A stretch of DNA of 64,000 bases from Podarcis tiliguerta. Its lineage: Eukaryota. The notes beneath the pieces are model-generated. The model saw only the letters and a list, made by a program, of their open reading frames with translations. It was not told where the DNA came from and did no database searches. Made by a program: the position numbers and the translations under genes. The stretch lies in the NCBI GenBank assembly GCA_965153285.1, contig OZ229111.1; one strand, given 5' to 3'. Positions 1 to 11,313 of this stretch are shown piece after piece (positions within the stretch are counted from its first letter, which is position 1; every line of letters begins with the position of its first letter).

Positions 1-351
1 AACGGGAGACTCTTTGTATCCTTGTCGTCTGGTGGGGTACCATCTGTCAGCTGGCCTCAGCCATTGCGAGAAATGATTTGAGAATGATATGTTTAGGGGG
101 AAGTTGTTAATGTTGAAGTATCAGCAAACAGCAGGAACACCCAAGCAGCTTGCTGGCTGCAGTGCTTGTCTCTAATTACAGCTCCTAATATTCCAGGTGC
201 CAGAAGAGCTGATTGCTTTTTGTTTTAACTTAATAGCCAAATGTGTAATGAGGTGACTGTGAACTCTTGGCAGTGGACAGCTGTCACTCATTCTTTTCTC
301 TCTCTTTTTTTCATCTTCAAAGTTAGTTAGCAGACATTCATGGCTTAGCAA

Positions 352-612
352 TTGTTCTTGTTTAGTTGTTTAGTCGTGTCCGACTCTTCGTGACCCCATG
401 GACCAGAGCACCCCTGTCTTCCACTGCCTCCTGCAGTTCTGTCAAACTCATATTAGTAGCTTCAATAACACTGTCCAACCATCTCGTCCTCTGTCGTCCC
501 CTTCTCCTTGTGCCCTCCATCTTTCCCACCATCAGGGTCTTTTCCAGGGAGTCTTCTCTTCTCATGAGGTGGCCAGAGTATTGGAGCCTCAGCTTCAGGA
601 TCTGTCCTTCCA
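352..612 (-). mobile_element. Bov-B/RTE LINE 3' fragment
   Basis: Minus-strand peptide GHLMRREDSLEKTLMVGKMEGTRRRGRQRTRWLD...VHGVTKSRTRL is the Bov-B ORF C-terminus, followed by a short AAC-type tail. Confidence 0.88.
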
Positions 613-690
613 ATAAATTAGGGTGTGGAAATGAACAGTATCATAGATTTTCTTCTTTTGTATAGGTGATAAGGTGAAGAAATTCAGAGG

Positions 691-695
<5 letters not shown>

Positions 696-727
<32 letters not shown>
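696..727. repeat. (CA)n microsatellite
   Basis: Seen directly in the sequence. Confidence 0.95.
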
Positions 728-728
<1 letters not shown>

Positions 729-797
729 AAGTATCCTATCTGTTCTTAGGTCATGAGCTTAAGGAGGTGAGATATAATAGGATAAACTGTGTCAACT

Positions 798-818
798 GTG
801 TGTGTGTGTGTGTGTGTG
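798..818. repeat. (TG)n microsatellite
   Basis: Seen directly in the sequence. Confidence 0.95.
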
Positions 819-837
819 CATGTCCTATAGCTATATA

Positions 838-917
838 CAGGCTGAGTCTTTTAAAAGAGGCCCCGTGGAACATGTGTACTCTCTATCCATGGGGCCTCTT
901 TTAAAGGACTCACCCTG
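838..917. mobile_element. 80-bp Tc1/mariner-type MITE
   Basis: 32-bp TIRs (838-869 and 886-917, 3 differences) with CAGG ends and a 16-bp spacer, flanked by TA on both sides. Confidence 0.8.
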
Positions 918-2595
918 TATATATAAACATATAAATGTTTTAGTGTCTTTACCTCCTCCTCCCAGCTTCAGAGTATGAAAAATGAAATGCCGTCTTAAAT
1001 CAGCATATCACAAAACATAGAGCATGCTGTGTTGTTATGAAGGGTGTTGGGTTGCAGTGATGAGAGCTGACAATTCTGACCTCATAGGTCTTGCTCCGTA
1101 GAGAAATACTTGCCCAGTTTATATGTACACCACTGAAGCTTCTGTTTGAAGAGAACGCAACAGAAATTAAGTTGGAGAGCATTTTTAAGTTTCAACATTT
1201 TGAGGAGTTTCCAGATTCCTCTTGCAGAATTGTATTTTGGAAGATGCTTTTCAAAAACAATGATCCTATGGGAAAATGGTGTCCAGACCACTGGGAGGAA
1301 TTTAACATCATACTCTTATGATCGTTACATCAGTGGAGGAATTCTGCTTGCCGGGTGCTATGATCTTTCCTTCTCCTAGCCCTGTGCTCTCTTCTCAGGG
1401 TTCTCCCAAACCTCCAGACCAGATCTGGGGGAGGTGTGGTGGTGCATGGGGGGAGGAGAGGAGGGGAGCCACGCTGGGTTAGTTGAAACCATCATCTCTG
1501 GCAGCTCACATGCACGCACACACTTCACTGTGATACCTAAATTCTACAACGTAATCCTGCTATTTGTGCTGAATCAGGCTGAGACACCTAAAGCATCCCC
1601 ATAGGTAGGATGGTAGCCATTCATGGGTCTCTTGCTATGTGTTGCATGAGTTGTTTCTGAATTCTGACCGATGGAGATTTTTAAAGAAGCAGCAGAACAG
1701 GCCTAATATCTGCACAAAGCTTCTTTCAAATAAAACCTTGCCTGCATTCATTATAATAGCTTACAGGCTGGTGCAAGTTTCCTCACTAGTGGCGGAACCC
1801 CGGGATGTAAGCAGAAGTGACAGCAAACACATTGCCTGCAAGTGAAATTGTGTCTGGTAGTTCCCCTACCTGTAATATCTAGCAGAACTTAACTTGTGTC
1901 ACAGCCCTCCAAATCATTGGCTGACAATTGCTGGGGAGGGAATGACAGGGAAACAAGGTCCCTTGGGATCTCATACCTGGCAGCGAGTTCCAGAAGTTAT
2001 GGAAGAGGAAGGAGAAACTGGAATGTAGCTCCTTTTTCAGTTGCAGCATATATGTGGCACTTGATCTAGTTTTCTCAACAGAGACTGTTTAAGCTATTCC
2101 TGAAAGGGCCCCTCTGGCTCATTTGATGTCCCACTTCTGTGTTTTCCTATCCTCCCACCTCTTGCTCTCTTTGACTTGTGCCCTTCAATTCTCTTCTCAT
2201 TAAATTGGGGCTGACCTTTCTGGCAACAGCGCTGGAGAATGTAGGGGGCAGGCTGATGCTTAGCATCAAAAATCACCAGGTTTTTAGAATCTAATGTATC
2301 CTCCCTCTTATCAATCTCTTAGTAAGGGTCTTGATTCAGGTTCAGTAGATAGTCAAAAATTGTGGTTCAAATGTTGTTCTAGCCATGGTAAAAGTTATAC
2401 ACACATGCTGTTTTTGCGTTGGTTGGAGATAACCACTCAAGGGGGGCAGAGGTTCTCCTCATACATCTGGTGTGAAATTATTGAACTTACCAAAACTGCA
2501 GTTGGACACCGACATTGTTCGGCTGCTCCAGAAAGAGATTTCCAAGATTTTTAGTGAAATAACAGAGGGTATGGTTTTTTTTGTCCTTGTTTCAG

Positions 2596-2960
2596 GTGCT
2601 TGTCAAAGTTCCTGCAAGATTTCCAGCCAGTCTGGGAAACCCAACAATGCTTGCAACCCAGATAGTTGTCCATACTGCATGAAGACCTTGGCTAACGATC
2701 CAGAGCTGGTGGACAATGAAGTGGGAGATTCTGACAGCGACGGGGTATATGAGTTTACTCAGGACGCTCACTACAGTGATCAGAGGGACCCTCAGCGGCG
2801 TTGGAAAGCCCGGGGAAGAAACACCTTAAAATTCCTAGCCTTCTGGAAGGTGGTTTGTGAGACGTTTCGGAAGATTGTAGATAGCAAGTACTTTGGCCGT
2901 GGGATCATGATAGCTATCCTGATCAATACCCTCAGCATGGGGATTGAGTATCACGAGCAG
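2596..2960 (+). CDS. CACNA1G: Cav3.1 exon ~9: end of I-II loop and domain II S1 ([11 protein letters not shown]...YEFTQDA...[32 protein letters not shown])
   Basis: Acceptor tttcag|gt at 2595/2596, donor cag|gtaagc at 2960/2961; 365 nt, phase 1 to 0. The peptide matches recalled Cav3.1 sequence. Confidence 0.96.
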
Positions 2961-5199
2961 GTAAGCAGAGCCCTCTGTACTTTAGTAGTTATAGTTAGAC
3001 TCTCCCTGCAGCCAAGGCACCCCAAATGGTGGCCTCATTAGCTCCATCCTGGTTCTGCTCTTAGCGCCTTGAGTGGGATTTTGTACCACACAGCATCGAT
3101 TTATGCTGACCTCTTGCTTTCATGCCTTGCTCTGTTTAGCTGTGTTTGTTCTGGTCTGTTGTTAAATGAAGCTCTGAAGCTCTGCAAGGGCAACAAAGCT
3201 GCAGATCTTGGGGGAGCACTTCTGGTTGTGCTACTTAGTGTGGAGAACTGCACACTGGTGAATGGAGTTCAGTGGCACTTGTTGGTCTGAGGATGTAAGC
3301 AAGTGAAGCTGTCTTTACAATGCTCTGCTCTCTCTTTTTTTGCATTTTTACAGTAATTCTCCAAACGCCACAAGACTATTTGCTTACCTCAATAAATCAT
3401 TTACATTTGATTTTATAATAGCTAACTTGCAAACAACATGTCATGAAATATGCAAGCTGTTTCGTGAAATAAGTACTGTAATTGCATGCTTGGTGTTTTG
3501 TTTTTTAATGCAGGCTTCCCCATACAATTTGGGTTATGGTGTATTCCGATACTTAGACATGATTTTGCTCCAGTCAGTCATATTGTAGGGGTGCCCTTTA
3601 TTTAGAAATATGTCTGCTTTGGTGCACAGTTGATGTGTCCAAAATAAAAATGCCAGCACTGATTACATTCTCTTACTGGCAGGTGGTACATGGTTGTTAT
3701 GTACAGTTGCTGATTTAAGACATACTCCAGTTCCCATAGGTCTGTGTCAGTGTTGTTCAGTGTCAAAGGGTCGATCAAATACTTTGGCTTCTAGTTCTGT
3801 GAAACCCAACTTTCCCCCTGAAACATCAGGTTGACTTTGTCCCCCATACAGAGTCCTAAATTCTTGTCATTACATTTAATTTCAGAGGTCATGGGAAATT
3901 TTAAATATGTTTTTCAACATAATATAAAAAATGAATAAAGTCTCATAAGGGGGTTAGAGACATCACCGACCTGGTGGCATCTTCATAAAGAACTCCACCC
4001 CTAGTGATGTCAGTGTCACTCCTCCCATATGGAGCTCTCTGTCCCACCTAATGAAAGTATGGGCAGGTAGAGTTCCTGCAGGTTATATTCTCATCAACAG
4101 TAGTCCAAGGAAAGCCCCCCAACAGAGCATTCAGGAGAGGAGGAGTGGTTTTGCTGGCCTGGAATCCAATGTATCCTGAGCTGGGTACACGGCTGACACT
4201 TGACGACATTCCACCCAATCCACCATTAGGACCAATGACTGTACCTACTCCAGACTCTTCTCGCACTGAGCAGAGTTTCCTCTGCTCCTGTCTTATGCCT
4301 CAGCCAGCATAAGCAGTGGGGTTGCAAATGCAGCAATGGCTATGCTGCTCAGTCACACCTTGGTTAAGATTGCTCTGCCCCTTGGAAGCAAGTTGCATTG
4401 AACGTACTGAACATAATTGAATCTATTAAACAAGCTGTCCTTCAGATGTGCTCATTTTTCTTCTTTTCTAGCTCCCCCTTCCCTATTGGCATAGTCGCTT
4501 ACTGTTTAATGCAGTTGCTTTACTTCTCGTTTTGTAGCTCCCTGTGTCAGAATAGTAGCTGCAAACCAAATTCTGCAGGTATAATTGTAGATCCTAGTGC
4601 CATCCTGGTGTATTAATGCATCAGTGGTTGTACATTATAGTGGCTGAGGCCCCTTTGGTGTGCTAAATGTGTCCTTTCAAGCAAGCATGTTTTCTGAAAT
4701 CTTAATGCAATGTGGCTGATTAACCTTTGTTTTTGTTATGCCTTAAATGGAAAGGCACACTTAGGTCCTCTTAGGATCTGTCACATGCTGTTTGACCTTC
4801 CTTTCTTGACCTTACTCAGAATTTGTCTCCATAGCTGAAATAAGGATTGATGGATTGCTTTTGAAATTCGTTATTCTTTTAATAATAGTACCAAGTGGAT
4901 CATTCCTTTGGAGTCTGGAGGGGAAACTAGAAAAGTTGATGCAAAGTTCACATTCTTCATTTCTGATAGTTTGAATCACAGAGGGAAATGTCATCCCTGT
5001 CTAATTCAGGTATTGCTTCCTGTGATGGGGAGACAACCTTAGCAGTTCCTCTGCCCTTCCCATTACCCCTCTTACCATAACAGAAAACCCACCAAGGGCA
5101 CGCAAGAGAAGCAATCATGTTGCCTGGTGTGCTTTTCTCATGGTGATTAAAAAATAAACTATCTTTGGGAACACCCACGGGAAAGAGTTTGCCACCAGG

Positions 5200-5340
5200 A
5201 AAGGGTGGGGAGCATGTGGTCCTCCTGATGTTGTTGGACTGCAACCCTCACTGCTCAACTGACATTGGTCATGCTGGGAAGGGTTGTTGGGAGTTGGAAT
5301 CCAACAGCATTTTCAGCATACCAGGCTGGGGAAAGGTTGC
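5200..5340. mobile_element. Degraded ~130-bp hAT-like palindromic MITE (family A)
   Basis: Internal inverted pair gatgttgttggact...tccaacagcat; similar to the copies at 16346, 17375, 22649, 30366 and 50561. Confidence 0.6.
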
Positions 5341-5397
5341 AGTTGATTAGAGGTGGATCTGCTAGGCAGTAGAACCTGTAGCACCAGTGTCCCTAGG

Positions 5398-5945
5398 AAT
5401 ATAGAATCATAGAACTGTAGAGTTGTAAGGGACTCAGAGGGTCATCAAGTCCAACTCCTTGCAATGCAGGAATCTCAGCTAAAGCATCCCTCTCAAATAG
5501 CCATCCAACATCTGCTTAAAAGCCTCCAAGGAAGGAAAGTCTACAACCTCCTGGGGAGACTGTTCCACTGTCAGACAGCTCTTACTGTCAGAAAGCTTTT
5601 CTATGTGTTTAGTTGGAATCTGCTTTCTTGTAACTTGAAGCCATTGGTTCACATCCTACCCTCCAGGTCAGGAGGAAACAAGCCTGCTCCCTCTTCCATG
5701 TGACAGCCTTTAAGATATTTTGAAGATGGCTATCATACCTTCTCTCAGTCTCCTCTTTTCCAGGCTAAACATACCCAGCTCATTCAAGCACTCCTCATAA
5801 GGCTTGGTTTCCAGGCCCTTGATCACCTTGGTTGCCCTCATCTGCACACGTTCCAGCTTGGCAACATCCTTCTTAAATTGTGGTGCCCAGAATTGGACAC
5901 AGTATTCCAGTTGTGGTCTGACCAAGGCAAAATAGAGTAGGACTG
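5398..5945 (-). mobile_element. CR1 LINE 3' fragment
   Basis: Peptide [32 protein letters not shown]...[12 protein letters not shown] is the CR1 ORF2 C-terminus, followed by 3'UTR and an (attctatg) tail. Confidence 0.92.
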
Positions 5946-6699
5946 TTGCCTTATAGATAGAAGGTTATTATGTGATGCACTCAGAGGGGCTTAAAAGATG
6001 TCACAGCTGGAAAAACCTAGGACTAGGGTAGAAAGGTGATTGGTAAGTGAGTACTCTGGATTTCAGTGTGCTATCTTCTTTTTCTTTTCTTTTAAAGAAA
6101 AGATTAGAGAATCCAATGTCCTATTTCCCTCCGCTCCCGCTCCCCTCAATATTGGAGTGAATAGCAAATGTTGAATCCTGCTTTTATTAATTCATCTGAT
6201 TAAAGCGGCAGGAGAGAATAAGGAGATGTTTTTCTGTAAACTCCTGAGGCTTACAGTTTGCAGTTTCATAATCTGACAGTTATGAGATAGGGAATTAGAA
6301 CTGAGAATTGATAGCTCTGGCCCTTCTGCTGAGATTATAAATGGTGAAAGTGACCTTCCCCCCCCCCCTCAAAAAAAAAACCCTTAAGAACAAACAAATC
6401 AATGTCACCAAATGTGTCTGCATGGATAGGTTGTTTAAAAAGAAATGAAGGACCTTATGAGCAATTGACTTTATTAGTTTTTATATTAGGCTCTTTTGCC
6501 TAATATAGAACACAAGTATTTCCATACACACTGAACCCTGGCTTTGTCAGTTCTATGAAGTGGAATAATTTGGTATCAGAAATGTTGATATTGTTATACG
6601 TTTGGGGAGGGGAGCAAGACTCCCCTAAATTCCTGGAACTAGGGAAAAAGTTAGAAATTAACCAACCCCCCTGAATCTCCATATGCAGCAGGGATTAAT

Positions 6700-7650
6700 G
6701 TGGGTGCCTGCCATAACTCAGAGGGGAGATGGTTCCACAGAGAGAGTGTCACAATGGAAAAGGCCATATCCCTGGTAATTGCAAGATGAACCTTTCAAGG
6801 CAGCAGCACAGCCATGTGGGCCTCTAGCTGACCTCAGTGATGGTGTCAGATGATGTGGGAGAAGATTTTCCTTAAAATAGCCTGCTCCCGAGACCTTGAG
6901 AGCTTCAGCAGCATATTGGGAGCCAGTATAGCAACACATGTAAGAGAGATGTTAACATGTGCATGAAAAGGTGCTCCAGGAAGCAGTCTAGCTGCAACAT
7001 TCTGCACTAGCTGCAGCTGCTGCACTAGCTATAAGGCCAGCCCCACAGAGAGTGTATTACAGTCATCCAGCCTTGAGTTTCCCTATGCATGAGTCAAAGG
7101 GGTGAGGCTCTCCCTGGCCAGACACATTTGTAGCTGGAGAACCAGCCAGAAGTAGTTGCTGTGCCCACTTGGGCCTCCAGTGAGAAAGGTAGATCTAAGA
7201 ACATCCTCAGGGGTGCGCACACATACCCGCACCCCAAGCTGTGCACTTGCTCCTTCAAATGGAGGGTGGGCAGCTATGAAATTCCCAGACCCAGGAGCCA
7301 CCAAACCACAGGACTTCTGTCTTTTCAGGATTCAGTCTCCTGTTTATTTTCCCTCCTCCAACCTACCACTTCATCCAGAGACGAGTCCAGGATATGCTAA
7401 TAGAGAAATGGAGCTGGATATCATCACTATACTGATGACACAGTGCTCCAAATCCCGTGATGACCATTCTTAATGGCTTAAAGAGCACTGGGGACAAGAT
7501 TGCAGCAAGTGCCAGGGAGGCTAAGTATAGCCACCCGGTGCTGCTCTCTAGATATGGCCCTGTAAGTAGGAGCAGCATTCCCTACTCCCAACTTCTTTGG
7601 ATGAGGTCACCCTGTAATCATGCTTGGGTTAAGGGACTCTGACACTAGTT
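6700..7650 (-). mobile_element. Degraded L2-type LINE fragment
   Basis: Decayed RT motif LSPVLF...HQYSDDIQLHFS (YADD-like) with downstream L2-like sequence (cagctagtgcagaatg on the minus strand). Boundaries approximate. Confidence 0.75.
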
Positions 7651-8173
7651 CCTCCTTCAAACTCTCTCACAAGAACAAAGAGAGAGAGAGCAGTGTAAAG
7701 TTTAGAGTCCCCATTAAATGCTCATGATAACCAATTCTTTCTCTATGTTAAAACAAAATTGGACTTAACAGCTTGGGGAAGTTTTGCCCATTATTTCTGA
7801 ATATGTGTTCCTAATGAGTCATTCTCATGAACATCATACTTAAAAAAATTAAAAGCAGAAATCTCAGCACATTCATTTTAAGGAAAACCAGCTATTCTTT
7901 AGAAAGAAGGAGCTGTCATAATTACTTAAAGCATCATATATGTCACCCTTAACCAGGTTTCCATAATAATGAGAAACTGGAAGCTTTGTTATTAATAGAA
8001 ATAAGTGGCACACATCCCTCACATATCAGATTTACAGTCTGTTTTTAAAAATGGGGTTGTAAGATACTGAATTTTTTTAAGGGCCATGCTAGCAGAAGGA
8101 GATGTGAATGGATACAACTGCAATGCCAGGCCCATTCTGTGAAGATTAATGGTACACTGTACATCATCTAGTA

Positions 8174-8415
8174 CAGTGGTACCTCGGGTTAAGTACTTAA
8201 TTCGTTCTGGAGGTCCGTTCTTAACCTGAAACTGTTCTTAACCTGAAGCACCACTTTAGTTAATGGGGCCTCCTGCTGCTGCCGCACCGCTGGAGCACGA
8301 TTTCTGTTCTCATCCTGAAGCAAAGTTCTTAACCCGTGGTACTATTTCTGGGTTAGCGGAGTCTGTAACCTGAAGCGTATGTAATCTGAAGTGTATGTAA
8401 CCCGAGGTACCACTG
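8174..8415. mobile_element. 242-bp Tigger/pogo-like MITE
   Basis: Perfect TIRs cagtggtacctcgggtta / taacccgaggtaccactg, TA on both sides, internal taacctgaa sub-repeats. Confidence 0.88.
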
Positions 8416-9000
8416 TACATAAAATTGGTATCACTGTTATCCCAGTGCTGTCACATCAGTTCACATCATGTTCAACTGCTTTGCTACCCCTAGAGATTAA
8501 GGAACTTGACCCCCAGCAATTATTATGAGCAGAAGACCCCCCCCCCCAACATGCTGGAAATCAGTTGATCTGAAGACACAATTATCACAGCCAGAGCAAA
8601 AGTTAGTCTTCTGTAGTAGCCTAAGAATTAGCTGAAACATTATTGAGTGCATAGCAAAGATCCCATCAGGGCAGGCTGAGTGGTTATAGCAAACAACTGT
8701 GAAAGCAGCAAAGAAACAAGTTTCTTCCCATTTAATCGTAAATAACCAAGCAAAGAGATAATTAGGGTCCTGAAGGGACAGCCTACGATCGTTGGGGGAA
8801 TGAAAGCAACCATGGTTTGATTGCGGGGAAGGGGAGTAAAAGACATGAATAGAGGGTCTAAGAAAGTAAAGCAGAGCAAAGCAAGTGTGTGAGAGAGTGT
8901 GTATGAAACATTGAGTTTTGAGAATTTATAAAGACAAAACAAAAGGGGGGGAGCAGATTCAAAGGCAAATATGTGATCTGGTGGGCGAAACCTGTCTGTC

Positions 9001-9033
9001 TATTTATTTATTTATTTATTTATTTATTTATTT
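9001..9033. repeat. (TATT)n microsatellite
   Basis: Seen directly in the sequence. Confidence 0.9.
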
Positions 9034-10539
9034 TATATTTTACATACTACTTAATATTAAGTCTCTAAACAGATTACAAAATAACAAATAGGGAATATAA
9101 ATGAAACTGGAAACCTACATATAATACAATGTTTCAAAAAGTAAGAACCAGGACACCCCAAAAGTCCACAGGTTGTTGAGCTTTTTTTGAAATCCTGGTA
9201 ATGTCCGGACATATGGCAGCCCTAGAATACAAGCTACAATGCAATGCAGTATAGAGCAATTAATATTTCCAGTGCAGCTGATCCATTGGGATCCTTTCTT
9301 TGGTTTCTCTCTTGCCAAGGCACACACTGACTCTAAACGCATCATGCAGTTTCTTCTTGCTTCAGTTGAAAGATGGCACAGCACTGGTTTCCTCTAACAA
9401 ATATCTGGATATTAATTTGCATCCATTAAGGCTTTTGCTTCTAATTCATTCGTTACCTCTCACACTGTGGTGTTGGCAACACAAAGCCAGCCAAGACTGG
9501 AATGTCAAATATGTGTATGAGATCACTGTAGATCCATAGGAACAAAGGCAGCAGGAACACGAGAACTATGCAGCCAGGTGTTTAGCTGCATCTTAGTCAG
9601 AAAGGTCCCAGAGATAGTCAAGCCTGAAAGATGGGGGGGAAAGAGCAAATGAAACAAAAATCTGTGGTTGTGGCAGGAGCTGTAGACTGGCCTGCTGTGA
9701 TAAAACTACTGGTACGCAATTGTTTGAAAGCTTAGAAAAGGAAGTAATTCAATAGGAGGACATTCTTAAAAAAAAAAAAAAGTCTACAAAGGAAGAACCT
9801 CTCAAAACAGTAGCTAATGTGCACACTCAGTTTGCAAAATACCAGTGTAACCTTTTCAGGCACTTTTAAAGCTCATTTAAGAGTTTTAAAGCTTAATCCT
9901 TAGTGCATCAAACAGCAGGGGGCTTGAACAGGTGACTGTACCAATGTTGTAAAGTTGTCACTAAGTAACATTAAAACCCAATAACCATTGCAGCATGAAA
10001 ATATCACCCATCTGTGCCATGGTATGTAAGGAAAATGTGCCTGCAGAAAGGATCGGAAACTAAAAGGTCTACGGGCAAATGCAGGATAGAGTTTCTTGTA
10101 AAAATGTGGTGTATCCTTTTGGCGCAGTATTCATTTGTGAAGGAGTGTGGAGTAAGGTGCTAGGACTGTAGCAGGTATCACTAACTTACTGGTTCACTTC
10201 CTTGATCTAGTCTTTTTTCCTCCGATTTGTTATTTTGCTTGCTTCTCTACCTCCTGTGGAGCCAACAGCTAATTAAAGAAAAGAAGGACCTCTTCATCTG
10301 AGGGAAATATGCGATAATTCGTAGGGGGCTGGGACAGAGTGATCCCAGAGCTTACGGTGCCTTTGTTCTTTCACTTACCCATCCTAAGCAAGATGATACT
10401 GGCTCTGCTGTGTTTCTTTACAGGAAGATGAGGTGAAAGCTAAACTAGCTTCAACTTCTTTCACTTTAGAAAGGGATAGAGACTGTAAATTATTGACTGT
10501 ACTGGATGGGACTGATGGAAGTTTGGAGTCCAGCAGTTT

Positions 10540-10679
10540 GGAGGATAACTCAGTTGGTAAGAGCATGAAGCTCTTAATCTCAGGGTTGTGTGATCGAGCC
10601 CCACATTGGGCCAAAGATTCCTGCATTGCAGGGGGTTGGACTAGATGGCACTTGTGGTCCCTTCCAATTCTATGATTCT
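10540..10679 (+). mobile_element. tRNA-derived SINE with a CR1-like 3' tail
   Basis: A-box-like taactcagttggt, decayed B-box gatcgagcc, and a tail matching the CR1 3' end at 5401-5476. Confidence 0.8.
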
Positions 10680-11211
10680 TTCATTGAGTTTCCCCAGCCT
10701 GGTTTATCTCAGATTGTTGGCATCCATCTGTCTCAGTGGAGTGCACCTCCAGTGGTGAAGTCAAACCGCTGTGTTAGCAGCATCGACGTGCCCTTCTGGA
10801 TGACAATAGCCCCCCCACACACACATGGCCTTGCTGATGTGGCCCAAAGGAAAGCGGAGCAACACTGAGCAGGACCTCAGATGGTGATCACAACATAAAG
10901 ACAGGTTTCTGTGGAGACTGTCCAGCTGGTGACAAGTCATAGTTTTCCCTGCCCTTCCTCAGGTATTCCAAATGATATTGTGGGCAAGTGGCAAGGGAAT
11001 GAAACAGCTGCTTTGACTGGGACACAGCTACAATATGCTTCCACTTGGCCCTCGTGTCCTTTATGACACATCAAGGGTTCTATGAATTGGCTCTGACTGG
11101 AAACCAGGAGGCAGAAGAACAGGATTCAGATGTGGTAGTATTTCTCCTTTTCAGAACTTTGAAAGTCAAATCAAGGTCACTGTGCTATGTGAGGACACCC
11201 CACACCCACAT

Positions 11212-11313
11212 GGGCCATAGCTCAGTTGGTAGAGCAGGAGACTCTTATTCACAGTGTTGTGGGTTCGATTCCTGTGTTGCAGTCGGTCCCTTCCAACTAC
11301 AGTTCTACAATTC
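11212..11313 (+). mobile_element. Second, internally deleted copy of the CR1-tailed tRNA SINE
   Basis: tagctcagttggtagagc (A box), gggttcgattcc (B box), then ggtcccttccaact...ttctac. Confidence 0.7.

Noticed and set aside
8174-8415. Internal taacctgaa repeats as a CRISPR-like array
   Set aside because: Eukaryotic context with irregular spacing, bounded by TIRs and TA; these are MITE sub-repeats.
11212-11285. Possible tRNA gene
   Set aside because: A and B boxes are present but the acceptor stem does not close, and it runs into a CR1-like tail, so it is a SINE head.
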